A stretch of DNA of 64,000 nt from Elusimicrobiota bacterium (GCA_003553445.1 PWEK01000012.1:1844-65843), one strand, 5' to 3'; shown: positions 1 to 9,545, counted from the first letter of the stretch. Translations and numbers: made by a program. The notes: a model not told the origin generated them from the sequence alone.

Positions 1-285
1 ACATATCAAATGGTGATGGTGCTCTTCTTCACTGCTTAATTCATACTTAGCCCTGCCTTCACCAAACTGATACCTCTTTATCAATCCCTGATCCTTTAAA
101 AATTCCAGATTTCTGTATACAGTAGCCAACCCCATTGTCAACCCTGCCCTTTTAACATGCATAAATACATCCTCAGCAGTTAAATGTTCTCCCGTTTTTT
201 TAAAAATATCTAAAATAGACTGCCTGGAGGCCGTCCATCTGCCCGATGATTTTGAATTTTTATTTTTATTATTTTCACTTATCAT
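1..285 (-). CDS. fur: Fur-family transcriptional regulator (3' end runs off the window; absent from the ORF track)
   Basis: Manual translation from ATG at 285: ...RWTASRQSILDIFKKTGEHLTAEDVF...GLATVYRNLEFL...RAKYEL...EHHHHLIC, which has the Fur HTH (ATVYRNL) and HHH-LIC metal motifs. The subfamily (Fur/Zur/PerR) is not resolved. Confidence 0.9.
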   Translation of the reverse strand, partial: MISENNKNKNSKSSGRWTASRQSILDIFKKTGEHLTAEDVFMHVKRAGLTMGLATVYRNLEFLKDQGLIKRYQFGEGRAKYELSSEEEHHHHLIC

Positions 286-290
286 AGTAT

Positions 291-323
291 GAAAATAATA
301 CTCATTATCATTGGTTGTGTCAA
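291..323 (-). promoter_or_regulatory. Sigma70-type promoter of fur with an overlapping Fur box
   Basis: Minus strand TTGACA (323-318), 17 nt, TATTAT (300-295). GATAATGAGTATTATTTTC (309-291) matches 15/19 positions of the Fur box GATAATGATAATCATTATC. Confidence 0.75.
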
Positions 324-440
324 ATACTCTAAAATATAATTGAAAATATCGACTATATGCATAACAACTTACTAAAATCATATTTCTATGTAAGAATTAG
401 GATGTCCAATCCTGTTACCACATGCAGAACTTATAAATTT

Positions 441-469
441 TTGCCAAATTAAATATGTTAATTTATAAT
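441..469 (+). promoter_or_regulatory. Sigma70-type promoter of the aldo/keto reductase gene
   Basis: TTGCCA (441-446), 17 nt, TATAAT (464-469). The ATG follows after 7 nt with no SD. Confidence 0.65.
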
Positions 470-476
470 TAATTTT

Positions 477-1448
477 ATGAACAACCAAAAAAGAAAAAAT
501 AGAGATATATGGCAGGGGAATCTGAGCAGACGAGAATTCATAAAGCTGAGTTTTGTTATGCTGGCAGCCAGCAGCATAAAGGGTTACGCTCCCTTTAATG
601 AAAATATTGAAAGTTTCAATTTACCCCGGAGAAGACTGGGGCGAACCGGACTGAAAACCGGTATTGTCGGCCTGGGCGGCGCCTTTGCCCTTGCAGGCGG
701 GAAGGAAAAAGCATCTGCGGTTATAGAGAAAGCCCTAAATTTAGAAGTTAACTTTATAGATTCCGCGCCTACTTACGGAAACAGTGAAAAAAATATTGGC
801 GCGGCGCTTAAAGATAGACGCGGCGAAGTATATATCTCCACCAAGACCCTTGAACGCAGCTATGACGGAACAATGCGTTTATTTGAACAGAGTCTCGAAA
901 GGCTGCAGACAGAATATATCGATTTGTACCAGATCCATGGGCTCCACAACCAGGATGATTTGATAAGAATATTCGATGAAGGGGGGGCGGTAAAAGCACT
1001 AGAGAAATTAAAAGAAGACGGCCGGGTGAAATTTATAGGGGTTACCGGGCACAGAAACACGGAAGTCATGATAAAAGCAATTGAGGAGTATGATTTTGAT
1101 ACAATTCAGGTTCCAATTAATGCTGCCGATGCGCTATGGAATGACTCTTTTATTAGAAACGTACTCCCTATTGCAAGGGAGAAAAACATGGGAATCATAG
1201 GAATAAAGGTGCCGGCATACGGAAATATTTTTAAAAAAGGGGGCATTAATACAATGAAACAGGCATTAGGTTACACACTGAGCATGCCGGTAAGTACCGC
1301 TTTGATAGGTGTATCATCACTGCAGGAGATTCAGGAGAACGTAAATATTGCCCGAAAATTTAAACCCTTTTCAGAAACTGAGCTTGAAAACCTGCAGAAA
1401 AAAACTGAACCAAATCTGAAAGAAATAAACTTCTTTCGGCGGTGGTAA
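477..1448 (+). CDS. Aldo/keto reductase with a twin-arginine (Tat) signal-like N-terminus
   Basis: AKR motifs RRLGRTG, FIDSAPTYG, ISTK, SLERLQTEYIDLYQIH, KFIGVTGH. N-terminal SRREFIK is followed by a hydrophobic stretch. Confidence 0.9.
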   Translation: MNNQKRKNRDIWQGNLSRREFIKLSFVMLAASSIKGYAPFNENIESFNLPRRRLGRTGLKTGIVGLGGAFALAGGKEKASAVIEKALNLEVNFIDSAPTYGNSEKNIGAALKDRRGEVYISTKTLERSYDGTMRLFEQSLERLQTEYIDLYQIHGLHNQDDLIRIFDEGGAVKALEKLKEDGRVKFIGVTGHRNTEVMIKAIEEYDFDTIQVPINAADALWNDSFIRNVLPIAREKNMGIIGIKVPAYGNIFKKGGINTMKQALGYTLSMPVSTALIGVSSLQEIQENVNIARKFKPFSETELENLQKKTEPNLKEINFFRRW

Positions 1449-1466
1449 GTTCCTTCTATTTACTCT

Positions 1467-1485
1467 GCGCCTGCGCGTCAGGCGC
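1467..1485. terminator. GC hairpin between the convergent AKR and cysK genes
   Basis: GCGCCTG-cgcgt-CAGGCGC inverted repeat, with no clear U-tract. Confidence 0.4.
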
Positions 1486-1486
1486 C

Positions 1487-2407
1487 TTATTCAAAAAGAT
1501 TTGTTGATAAATATCTGTCTCCCAAATCCGGGAGTATTACAAGAATATTTTTTCCTTTACTTTCCTCTCTCTGCCCTACTTTCACAGCCGCTGCAAGAGC
1601 AGCCCCTGAAGAAACCCCTGCAAAAACCCCCTCCTCTTTTGCCAGTCTTCTTGTGTATTCTACCGCCTTTTCGGATGTAATCTGAACGACCTCATCTATT
1701 ATTTCCACATTAAGAACCTCCGGAACAAACCCTGCTCCAATACCCTGTATCTTATGTGGGCCGGGCTGCCCGCCGGAAAGAACGGGTGATTCAGCCGGCT
1801 CTACGGCAACTGTATAAAAACCCTCTTTTTTTTCCTTCATAACTTCTGAAATACCGGTAATAGTCCCGCCTGTTCCAACCCCTGAAACAAGAATATCCAC
1901 ATACCCTCCAGTGGCTTTAAGTATTTCAGCCGCTGTCGTACGCCTGTGTACTTCGGCATTTGCGGGGTTTTTAAACTGCTGGGGGACAAACGAGTTTTCT
2001 ATGGACCTGTTCTCCTGCCTGGACCTGATCAGGGCGCCCTTCATGCCCTCTTCTCCGGGAGTCAGAATAAGCTTGGCTCCCAGGGCCTTCAGCAGCCTGC
2101 GCCTTTCTACGCTCATGGTATCCGGCATTGTCAAAATCAGCGGATATCCCCTTGAGGCGCATACAAAGGCCAGCCCTATTCCTGTGTTGCCTGAAGTAGG
2201 CTCAATTATAGTCGTTCCCTTTTTTATCTTACCCTCTTTTTCACCTGCCAGGATCATTGCTTTTGCGATTCTGTCCTTAACACTGCCCATTGGATTGAAA
2301 GACTCAATTTTCCCCAGGATCGTTGCCTTTAATTCGCCAGATATTTTGCCCAGCTCAACAATTGGAGTTCTTCCGACTGTTTCAGTTATATTTTTATAAT
2401 TACCCAA
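1487..2407 (-). CDS. cysK: Cysteine synthase A (O-acetylserine sulfhydrylase)
   Basis: SFNPMGSVKDRIA (PLP lysine), EPTSGNTGIGLA, GVGTGGTITG, PGPHKIQGIGAGF, DRYLST. TTG start with AGGAG SD. Confidence 0.95.
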   Translation of the reverse strand: MGNYKNITETVGRTPIVELGKISGELKATILGKIESFNPMGSVKDRIAKAMILAGEKEGKIKKGTTIIEPTSGNTGIGLAFVCASRGYPLILTMPDTMSVERRRLLKALGAKLILTPGEEGMKGALIRSRQENRSIENSFVPQQFKNPANAEVHRRTTAAEILKATGGYVDILVSGVGTGGTITGISEVMKEKKEGFYTVAVEPAESPVLSGGQPGPHKIQGIGAGFVPEVLNVEIIDEVVQITSEKAVEYTRRLAKEEGVFAGVSSGAALAAAVKVGQREESKGKNILVILPDLGDRYLSTNLFE

Positions 2408-2429
2408 TATTCAATCTCCTAATTACTAT

Positions 2430-2882
2430 TTATTGGCTTCCCTGCAAAACGCCTTCCATTATCTCAAGAAAGTCTTCACTTTCTCTGTACCCGGAAACAT
2501 TTTCAACCACCCCGCCGTCGTAATCCAGAAAAACAGTTGTCGGCAAACCCCTTACATTATATTGCTGAGCAACTCTTTGATCTTCCTGCGTATCAATTTT
2601 AACGTTTACAAAGTTATCTGCAAATCCCACTACTTCAGGATCAGCAAAAGTATCAGAGTCCATCCTTTGGCACCAGCCGCACCAATCGGCGTGAAAATTT
2701 ACCATTAAATATTTTTCTTCTTCAGCGGCCTGATTTAATCCTGCTTCAAAATCATTATGATTCCAGGATATTCCCTCATTTTCTTCAATGATTTCTTCGG
2801 ATAAAACGATATCTGAATTTTCACGGCAACCAAACCCCAAAATTCCGGCAATCAGAATAATACCCGTCAATTTCAAAACCAT
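2430..2882 (-). CDS. Thioredoxin-family lipoprotein
   Basis: FHADWCGWCQRM CxxC motif, cis-Pro loop GLPTT, lipobox-like LGFGC. Confidence 0.85.
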   Translation of the reverse strand: MVLKLTGIILIAGILGFGCRENSDIVLSEEIIEENEGISWNHNDFEAGLNQAAEEEKYLMVNFHADWCGWCQRMDSDTFADPEVVGFADNFVNVKIDTQEDQRVAQQYNVRGLPTTVFLDYDGGVVENVSGYRESEDFLEIMEGVLQGSQ

Positions 2883-3113
2883 AATATTAGTTTCCTTTCC
2901 TTTTTAACCCTTTCAAAACCTCTTTGCAATTGTTTAATCACTACCATATATCCCTGTTTTTTGTCAATTTCCCTTATTCCACCAAACAATTTCTTATATA
3001 TAAGTGACATTATTATGTATTAATGTAGTTATGTTTATTTCACCTGTCAAGTATTACACCCTTGATCCTTATAATATGAGCAAATAACACCTCAGAGGCC
3101 CCATGACTTGAAA

Positions 3114-3138
3114 ATAGTTGACATAAATACTAATATAA
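3114..3138 (+). promoter_or_regulatory. Possible Rrf2/IscR type-1-like operator over a TTGACA -35 element
   Basis: ATAGTTGACATAAATACT lies just upstream of the Rrf2 gene and resembles IscR type-1 sites (ATAGTTGAC...TACT). Confidence 0.4.
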
Positions 3139-3165
3139 AAAGTAGAAAATTATAGAAAGGAATAT

Positions 3166-3615
3166 ATGAAAATATCAACAAGAGGACGTTACGGAGTAAG
3201 GTGCATGCTTAACCTGGCTATACATGCCAAAGATGGCACTGTACCGATATCAAGAATTGCGGCACAGGAAGAAATTTCACCGAACTACATAGAACAGCTT
3301 TTTCTAAAGCTGAAAGAACACGGACTTGTGGAAAGTATCCGCGGAAGAAGCGGTGGCTACAAGCTCTCTAAACCTCCGAAAAAAATTACGGTGGCAGAAA
3401 TAATAACTGCAGTGGAAGGGCCTATAAAGGCAGTATCATGTGCATTTAACGGAAACTGTAAAAGATATGAAATATGCACCACAAAATTTCTCTGGGAACA
3501 GCTTTCAAGGAAAATTAACAGCCTGCTTGAAGATATAACGCTGCAAGACCTTTGCGAAATGGGCAGGGAAAAAATGTCCGGGGATCTCGGACATAAGCTG
3601 ATTTTTAATATATAA
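3166..3615 (+). CDS. Rrf2-family regulator (IscR/CymR-like)
   Basis: MKISTRGRYG start, YIEQLFLKL, SIRGRSGGYKL, and a C-x5-C-x5-C cluster followed by KFLW. Confidence 0.9.
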   Translation: MKISTRGRYGVRCMLNLAIHAKDGTVPISRIAAQEEISPNYIEQLFLKLKEHGLVESIRGRSGGYKLSKPPKKITVAEIITAVEGPIKAVSCAFNGNCKRYEICTTKFLWEQLSRKINSLLEDITLQDLCEMGREKMSGDLGHKLIFNI

Positions 3616-4857
3616 TCAGCCGGCTGGTTTTCTTAAAATATCCATTGCATTTACGGGGCGCTCCATACTAAGCCTGACCTCCTGCCTTGCATGTCGGGCA
3701 GAATCAATGACATTATTTTTATCATCGGTCATTTTTTCAACAACCTGCGAAAACCAGTCCCGGCCGGGCCCTATCACCTCTATTTTATCACCTACGGAGA
3801 ACTTATTTCTCTGCTCAATAACCGCAACTCCCGTCTTTTCATCATAATCTTTTACAATACCTGCCAGCACATATTCAGTATTCCACTCATTTTCATAAAG
3901 CTGACCGTCATATGAGGGCCTATTATCAAAAAAAGCCTCGGTATAACCCCTGTGCCTTACTTTCCCAAGTTCTTCTTCCCACTCCTTTTTGACCTCAAAC
4001 CCCCGGGTATCCTGCGCCCATGTATCAATTGCGTCCCTGTAAACGGATACTGTAGTTGCAAGATACAGCACACTCTTCATCCGGCCCTCGATTTTAAAAC
4101 TCTGCACCCCGCACTGGATAAGTTCCTTTATCCTCCCAATCAGGCACAAGTCCTTTGAGCTCATTATATAGGATCCCCTGTTATCTTCATAAACCGGCAT
4201 ATATTCACCCGGCCTTTCTTCCTCCAGCAGCCTGTACGACCACCTGCAGGACTGAGTACAGCCGCCCCTGTTCGCGCTTCTTCCGGTCATATAACTGCTT
4301 AAAAGACAGCGGCCCGAATATGAAATGCACATTGAACCATGCACAAAAACCTCAAATTCTATTTCAGGCACATTTTCTATTATCCTTTTTACCTCTTCAA
4401 AAGAAAGCTCCCGCGCCAGAATTATTCTGTCAACCCCCGCAGCTTTCCAGAAACGCGCGCTTTCAGAATTTGTTGTATTCGCCTGTGTGCTAAGAATAAT
4501 CTTAGCTTTCGGAATATTATTCTTTATTAATTCCAGTATTCCCGGGTCGGATACAATTACCCCGTCAGGAGATGCCTTCTTTAAATTCTCTATAAAATCA
4601 GGCATATTTTTTAAATCTTTCTCGTGTATTGATGCATTTGCGGCCACGTATACTTTTTTTCCTCTGTTATGAGCCCATCTTATAGACTCCTGCATCTCTC
4701 CGGGAGAAAAGTTATCGGCCGCTGACCTTAACCCGTAATCCTGTCCTGAAAGATAGACAGCGTCCGCGCCGTAATTTATCGCAATTCTTAACTTCTCAGC
4801 ATTGCCAGCAGGCGCAAGGAGTTCCGGTTTAAATAATTCTTTTCTATGAATATTCAA
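3616..4857 (-). CDS. U32-family protein (TrhP/YegQ-like tRNA hydroxylation protein)
   Basis: KPELLAPAGN, YGADAVY, LSTQAN, ILAREL, EVFVHGSMCISYSGRCLLS, NRGGCTQSCRW, FKIEGRMKS, plus the C-terminal U32_C region (EQRNKF). Confidence 0.9.
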   Translation of the reverse strand: MNIHRKELFKPELLAPAGNAEKLRIAINYGADAVYLSGQDYGLRSAADNFSPGEMQESIRWAHNRGKKVYVAANASIHEKDLKNMPDFIENLKKASPDGVIVSDPGILELIKNNIPKAKIILSTQANTTNSESARFWKAAGVDRIILARELSFEEVKRIIENVPEIEFEVFVHGSMCISYSGRCLLSSYMTGRSANRGGCTQSCRWSYRLLEEERPGEYMPVYEDNRGSYIMSSKDLCLIGRIKELIQCGVQSFKIEGRMKSVLYLATTVSVYRDAIDTWAQDTRGFEVKKEWEEELGKVRHRGYTEAFFDNRPSYDGQLYENEWNTEYVLAGIVKDYDEKTGVAVIEQRNKFSVGDKIEVIGPGRDWFSQVVEKMTDDKNNVIDSARHARQEVRLSMERPVNAMDILRKPAG

Positions 4858-4871
4858 ATGAAGAATCCGTT

Positions 4872-6581
4872 CTATTCGTTATGAGGGATAATATACTCAC
4901 TGCCCCCTATAAACTCCCGTAGGGGTGATGAAGCAGGAACAAGATCAAGGCTACCTATCGGAACAACAGCATCCAGCAGCGAATATACCCGGAGTCCTCT
5001 CACATAAGGGTCCAAAAGGCCCTTATCTCTCATGTTTTCTATGTGCTTTTTCTTAGGAAGCAGATTTTCCAGGGCTTTTTTTAATACCGGAAGTTCATAT
5101 GCAATCCCGGAATTTATTACCTTATCGGTTGAAAATATATAGGGGATGATATGCTTCAGCTCTCCTTTTCTCACATAACGCCAGTGTGAAAGAGTCTTTC
5201 TTGTATTATATCCCCTGTGCTGCACATCTCTTATCATTCTTTTAAGCATTCTTATATCAGCCCATCTAGTATAACTCCCGTCAATATTTCTCAAAATGTT
5301 CATTGATTCAATATAAATGCTGAATTTGTTATCTTCATCCACGGAACGAGTCAGTCCGCGATACAGCCCGTGAAGACAGTCAATCAGCAGTATTTCATCC
5401 TCTTTCAAATTGAAATCAGTATAAGAATCTCTTTTGCCTCTCTTAAAGTTATAGCACGGTTTTTTTACAGTTTCCCCCCTTAAAAGAGCTGTCATATGTT
5501 TGTTAATGAGATCCATATCTATGGCATCGGGCATCTCAAAATCATAATCCCCGAACTCATCCTTGGGTTGATCCTTTAAATCTTTAAAATAATCATCCAC
5601 GTTGAGCTGCTTTAGCTTAAGACCGTTATTACTTAATACACTGTTTATGATTACTGTGGTGGTTGTCTTGTTTGAGCAAGAAGGCCCTGCGATAATTATA
5701 ACCCTGGTATCCGAACTCCTTTCAAGAATCTCCTTGGCGGTTTCCTCCACATCACTGTGGTAACGGGCTTCCGACTTTTGAATCAGCTTTTTAATATCTT
5801 TGCCGTTTTCGTTTTTCACCCAGTCATTTAGAGAAAATATGCTTTCGCACTCATTTTCAATGTTCCACTCAAGTGTTCTTCGGCACATATCATAATGTAT
5901 CCCGTTTGAAGTAAACTGAAGCTGTGATATTTCCCCGTTTCTTATTTTTTTCTTTCCCTCCCTGAAAGTCATGAAAGATTCCGCCACCTCAATTTCACCG
6001 ATTTCCTTCATTGTCTTCTCTATCATATCCATTATAAACTCGCGGGAGGGATATACCTGGTAATTTTTCAGTTCGGCGTTATAGTACTCAATCACTTTTC
6101 CATAAAGAAACCGGGCGGCATTATTAATCTCATCATCTGTTAGAAAAGGAAAAAGGCCTTCATCGTTTCTTTCCATAAACCTCGATTTTCTTATAATATT
6201 CCTAATCAGCCCGATTACTTCTTCTTTCTTTTTCTCAACCTCCCCTAAACTGCCCTGCTTCCTGATTTTTTCTCCAAGTAAAATGGAAAGCCTTTCAGTA
6301 ACAAAAGCTTTATCCAGCCGCCCTAATCTCTCATCTTCCTTGAAATTACAATACTTTCTGAAAAAATCCTCAATAATCCACTGCAGATTATAAAAACGGT
6401 TATATGTGTTTTTACGAACAGTTTCGGCATATTTATGGGCGCGGCGCTGAGCTATCCATCTTTTTACATTATCTGTATTTGTTATGGCCGGAATGATTGA
6501 GTTTGTGATTCTTGAAATTTCAAAATCTACAACCTCGCCATATTTGTTTACAATTTTGACAATAGTGTTGGGTATTACCAT
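4872..6581 (-). CDS. ATP-cone plus uridine kinase/phosphoribulokinase-like P-loop protein
   Basis: ATP-cone-like segments VNKYGEVVDFEISRI and SREFIMDMIEK...EVAESFMTFRE. Kinase part IAGPSCSNKTTT, VDDYF, YDFE, YNFKRGKR, LHGL, RMIRD..HRG, VRKGELKHIIPY. Confidence 0.75.
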   Translation of the reverse strand: MVIPNTIVKIVNKYGEVVDFEISRITNSIIPAITNTDNVKRWIAQRRAHKYAETVRKNTYNRFYNLQWIIEDFFRKYCNFKEDERLGRLDKAFVTERLSILLGEKIRKQGSLGEVEKKKEEVIGLIRNIIRKSRFMERNDEGLFPFLTDDEINNAARFLYGKVIEYYNAELKNYQVYPSREFIMDMIEKTMKEIGEIEVAESFMTFREGKKKIRNGEISQLQFTSNGIHYDMCRRTLEWNIENECESIFSLNDWVKNENGKDIKKLIQKSEARYHSDVEETAKEILERSSDTRVIIIAGPSCSNKTTTTVIINSVLSNNGLKLKQLNVDDYFKDLKDQPKDEFGDYDFEMPDAIDMDLINKHMTALLRGETVKKPCYNFKRGKRDSYTDFNLKEDEILLIDCLHGLYRGLTRSVDEDNKFSIYIESMNILRNIDGSYTRWADIRMLKRMIRDVQHRGYNTRKTLSHWRYVRKGELKHIIPYIFSTDKVINSGIAYELPVLKKALENLLPKKKHIENMRDKGLLDPYVRGLRVYSLLDAVVPIGSLDLVPASSPLREFIGGSEYIIPHNE

Positions 6582-6592
6582 CTTCCGTTTTC

Positions 6593-7336
6593 CTAAATTG
6601 GTCGACCGACAGGAAGAATGTATACCGGGACACCCTTTATATTTTCATTACCCAGCACATTTCCCACTCCATCATCATCAAAAGCTCCTACAGCAACCGT
6701 GCCCAGCCCCATCGCCTCTGCCTGCAAATAGACATTTTCAGCAGCATGGCCGATATCCATATAAATATATCTCTCAGCTCCTCTTTCTCCATACCGGCTT
6801 CTTACCGCATCATAGTCCGCGGCATAAACAAGATTAACTGCCGCATCAGCGATAAAACCCTGCCTGAGCGCGGCGCTGCTCAACTGATCAGAAAAATCGC
6901 CCTCTTTCAAAAGCTGAAGCTTGTGCCCTGAAGGAATAAATTCGTACACACCCGAATTCAAACCATCTACATTGCGAACCACAATATAAAGGTTTACCGG
7001 ATATATCCCGCCTGCTGAAGGATATGTTCTTGTCGCCTCTGATACAGCATCCACATCCCGGAATCCCGCGCCTGCCCACACAATCTGGGAGAGTTCTTCG
7101 ATTGAAAGGGAATCATCTGAAAAATTTCTTACCGACTCTCTGTTGAATATTGCCTTTTCTACAGAAACATTGCCATCGGTTTCCACCGAAGGAAGTTCTA
7201 TGCTGTTTTCATTTGCATGCGCCATATTCTGTTCCCCGTTAAAACTGTTATTTCCTCCTACTATAAAAACAACCGCCAAAACCGCTATTATAAGAACACC
7301 GCCCAACAATAAACCTCTGCTTTTTTTCTCTGACAT
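6593..7336 (-). CDS. SagB/ThcOx-family nitroreductase with an N-terminal membrane anchor
   Basis: RESVRNFS, RTYPSAGGIYP, RYGERGAERYIYMDIGHAAENVYL, GLGTVAVGAFDD. Confidence 0.9.
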   Translation of the reverse strand: MSEKKSRGLLLGGVLIIAVLAVVFIVGGNNSFNGEQNMAHANENSIELPSVETDGNVSVEKAIFNRESVRNFSDDSLSIEELSQIVWAGAGFRDVDAVSEATRTYPSAGGIYPVNLYIVVRNVDGLNSGVYEFIPSGHKLQLLKEGDFSDQLSSAALRQGFIADAAVNLVYAADYDAVRSRYGERGAERYIYMDIGHAAENVYLQAEAMGLGTVAVGAFDDDGVGNVLGNENIKGVPVYILPVGRPI

Positions 7337-7412
7337 CAGTACCTCCGCTTTCTTACTTCTGCAGCAATACGCCTTTTTAATTATTCTACATAAAACATAT
7401 TACATGTAAACT

Positions 7413-8153
7413 TTATAAAAATGCTATTATTATGTATTTAATACCAAGGACAAGTCTTAAAAACGCGGAGGATATCAGGCCGCGTTTCACAAATACGTAT
7501 CCAAGAATTAAATTTATTATAAAAGTGACAATAACCCCGGAAATTAATATGTAATTTAGGCCGAATGTTAATCCGATAAAATCCAGATAGGAGAAAGAAA
7601 AAAGCACCGCAATGAAAGATGTTATAATTATGCCGGCAGTTTTATTTTTGAAAAGGCCTATGCATAAAGTTAATATCCCCAGCCTTAGAATAAGCTCCTC
7701 CGCAATAGCATTTTTCAACAGAAAGAATATTATGTAAAAAACACCGTCCGGGTAGGACCGGGGGGATATATATAACATATAACGGTCAAAAATGAAATAA
7801 GAAAAAACTGCAGCGCTGACCCCGACGGGAATAAGAACAGGAAGAAATTTTTTTAAACCCTTAAAGGTTCCCATACCCGGAAGATTATGCTTTTTTGAAA
7901 GTATAAACCCCGTAAAAGAACATATAAAACAGAGAAAAAAGAGAAGAAACAACTGAAGCGCAAGAATTCCCGTCAGGTCTTCCGCCGCCATATGTATAGA
8001 CTCCGGAAATGCCTTTATCAGGTATTGAAAATAGGGTATTGATACAAGTGTTGCTATGAGGGAAAAGAAAAAAGATTTTTTTAAAACTTCTTTTATTTCA
8101 GCGCCTCCGGTTAAGGAGTTAAAAACCTTTTTTCCAAAATTCTCACTGACCAT
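7413..8153 (-). CDS. Polytopic membrane protein, CPBP/CAAX-protease-like (degenerate)
   Basis: Multiple TM helices and AIAEELILRLG (EExxxR). The downstream conserved His residues appear to be absent. Confidence 0.55.
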   Translation of the reverse strand: MVSENFGKKVFNSLTGGAEIKEVLKKSFFFSLIATLVSIPYFQYLIKAFPESIHMAAEDLTGILALQLFLLFFLCFICSFTGFILSKKHNLPGMGTFKGLKKFLPVLIPVGVSAAVFSYFIFDRYMLYISPRSYPDGVFYIIFFLLKNAIAEELILRLGILTLCIGLFKNKTAGIIITSFIAVLFSFSYLDFIGLTFGLNYILISGVIVTFIINLILGYVFVKRGLISSAFLRLVLGIKYIIIAFL

Positions 8154-8179
8154 AAACTATCTTTTTATGTATAAGACTT

Positions 8180-9070
8180 TTAGAAATATATTTCTCCGCT
8201 TAAGTTTAACGCAAGACCGGTATTATCCGCATCTCTTGCCCCTATGCCTGCCATCGGGGTCAAACTGAAGCTGTCCGAAATCTTTATACGGCAACCGGCA
8301 GTGAAAAACATGGCGCTGTCATCAACATCGGGAATACCGGCCCACGCTATTTTTAATACCGGACTAACTCTGCCTGGAAAACCGGCATCCATACTCAATG
8401 AGCCGTGAGAACCGAGCGAAGGATAGTACCTATACGCAGCCAGTAAATGCGCAGCCCTCTTGCGGCCCCCTCTTAATTCTGCTCCGGCTCCCAGTTTTGT
8501 TTCTTCATCCGTAACGCCCACAAGAAGTTTTCCGGCCAATGAGAAATGTTCACTGATGTATTTAGAACCCGCATAACCGTAATAATAGCGTTTGGCAGCA
8601 TCCTCTGCTCCCCCGGCTCCCATTAAAACTGCATAGCTTTCAAACTCATGCCTGTAACCGGCTTCCATAAAAGTAAAATCGTCATCACTGTCAATCGATG
8701 AATGTTCTGCGCTGAAATTAATACCGCTTTTTACTTTTCGGGCTGCTGTTTCTTCTTTTTCAATTTCCAGTTCCATTCCCTCTTGAACCCGGGCATCGGC
8801 AATAAGCAGGACGGATGTTTCCTCTGTAGCCGAAAGAACAGGCACGCTGTGGTCCAGCAGCATCCGGCTTCTGATAGTTCTTCCGTCAATGGGATGCGGA
8901 GTATAATCGATTTTATACACATTTACACTATCTCCCTCTCTCAAACCGTGTGCCATTCCGCAGTCTACATAAACTCTTGCCCCGTCAACCTTTAAAACAT
9001 AATACCCCTCTGCAGAAACAGCTGAACTAAAAGATATAGTTAATAAAACAAAAAGAAAAATGAATTTCAT
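8180..9070 (-). CDS. Secreted or outer-membrane protein (FlgT-C-like small beta domain plus probable beta-barrel)
   Basis: Signal peptide, VYVDCGMAHGLREGDSVNVYK..HPIDG motif, alternating beta pattern, terminal Phe. Confidence 0.55.
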   Translation of the reverse strand: MKFIFLFVLLTISFSSAVSAEGYYVLKVDGARVYVDCGMAHGLREGDSVNVYKIDYTPHPIDGRTIRSRMLLDHSVPVLSATEETSVLLIADARVQEGMELEIEKEETAARKVKSGINFSAEHSSIDSDDDFTFMEAGYRHEFESYAVLMGAGGAEDAAKRYYYGYAGSKYISEHFSLAGKLLVGVTDEETKLGAGAELRGGRKRAAHLLAAYRYYPSLGSHGSLSMDAGFPGRVSPVLKIAWAGIPDVDDSAMFFTAGCRIKISDSFSLTPMAGIGARDADNTGLALNLSGEIYF

Positions 9071-9155
9071 AAAATTCCTCCGTTAATTCCCAAACTACTC
9101 ATTAATTTTAATAAATTGAATTTAACACTACCGGACATGCCTCACACCTGAAAAC

Positions 9156-9545
9156 TCACTTTTTAAGAATCTCACTGCATTTATCTAAAAGGACCTCATT
9201 GTCAAAAGGCTTAATAATATAACCGTCCGCATTTTTCTCAAAACCCTTATCCACGTCTTTCATTCCGGACTTTCCCGTAATTAATATTATTTTTATCTTT
9301 GAAGTCTTCTTTTCGTCTTTAAGAATTTTACAAACCTCATATCCGTTTATATCGGGGAGCATGATGTCCAGAAGCATAATGTCCGGTTTAACCTCTTCAG
9401 CAAGACGCAGCCCTTCTTCTCCATTCAATGAAGTAAAAACTTTATAACCGCTTTTGCTGAAAATAATCCTCAGCGATGAAAGCATCCCTCTATCATCATC
9501 TACAATCAAAACCTTTCTTTTTTTAAATAAACTGCCAAAGACCAT
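9156..9545 (-). CDS. Single-domain response regulator (receiver)
   Basis: VLIVDDD, LLDIMLPDINGYEVC, ITG, GYIIKPF. Confidence 0.92.
   Translation of the reverse strand: MVFGSLFKKRKVLIVDDDRGMLSSLRIIFSKSGYKVFTSLNGEEGLRLAEEVKPDIMLLDIMLPDINGYEVCKILKDEKKTSKIKIILITGKSGMKDVDKGFEKNADGYIIKPFDNEVLLDKCSEILKK

Noticed and set aside
6593-8153. SagB-like dehydrogenase plus CAAX-like protein as a RiPP (azole peptide) cluster
   Set aside because: There is no YcaO or precursor peptide. Standalone SagB-type nitroreductases are common, and the CAAX-like protein lacks catalytic His residues.
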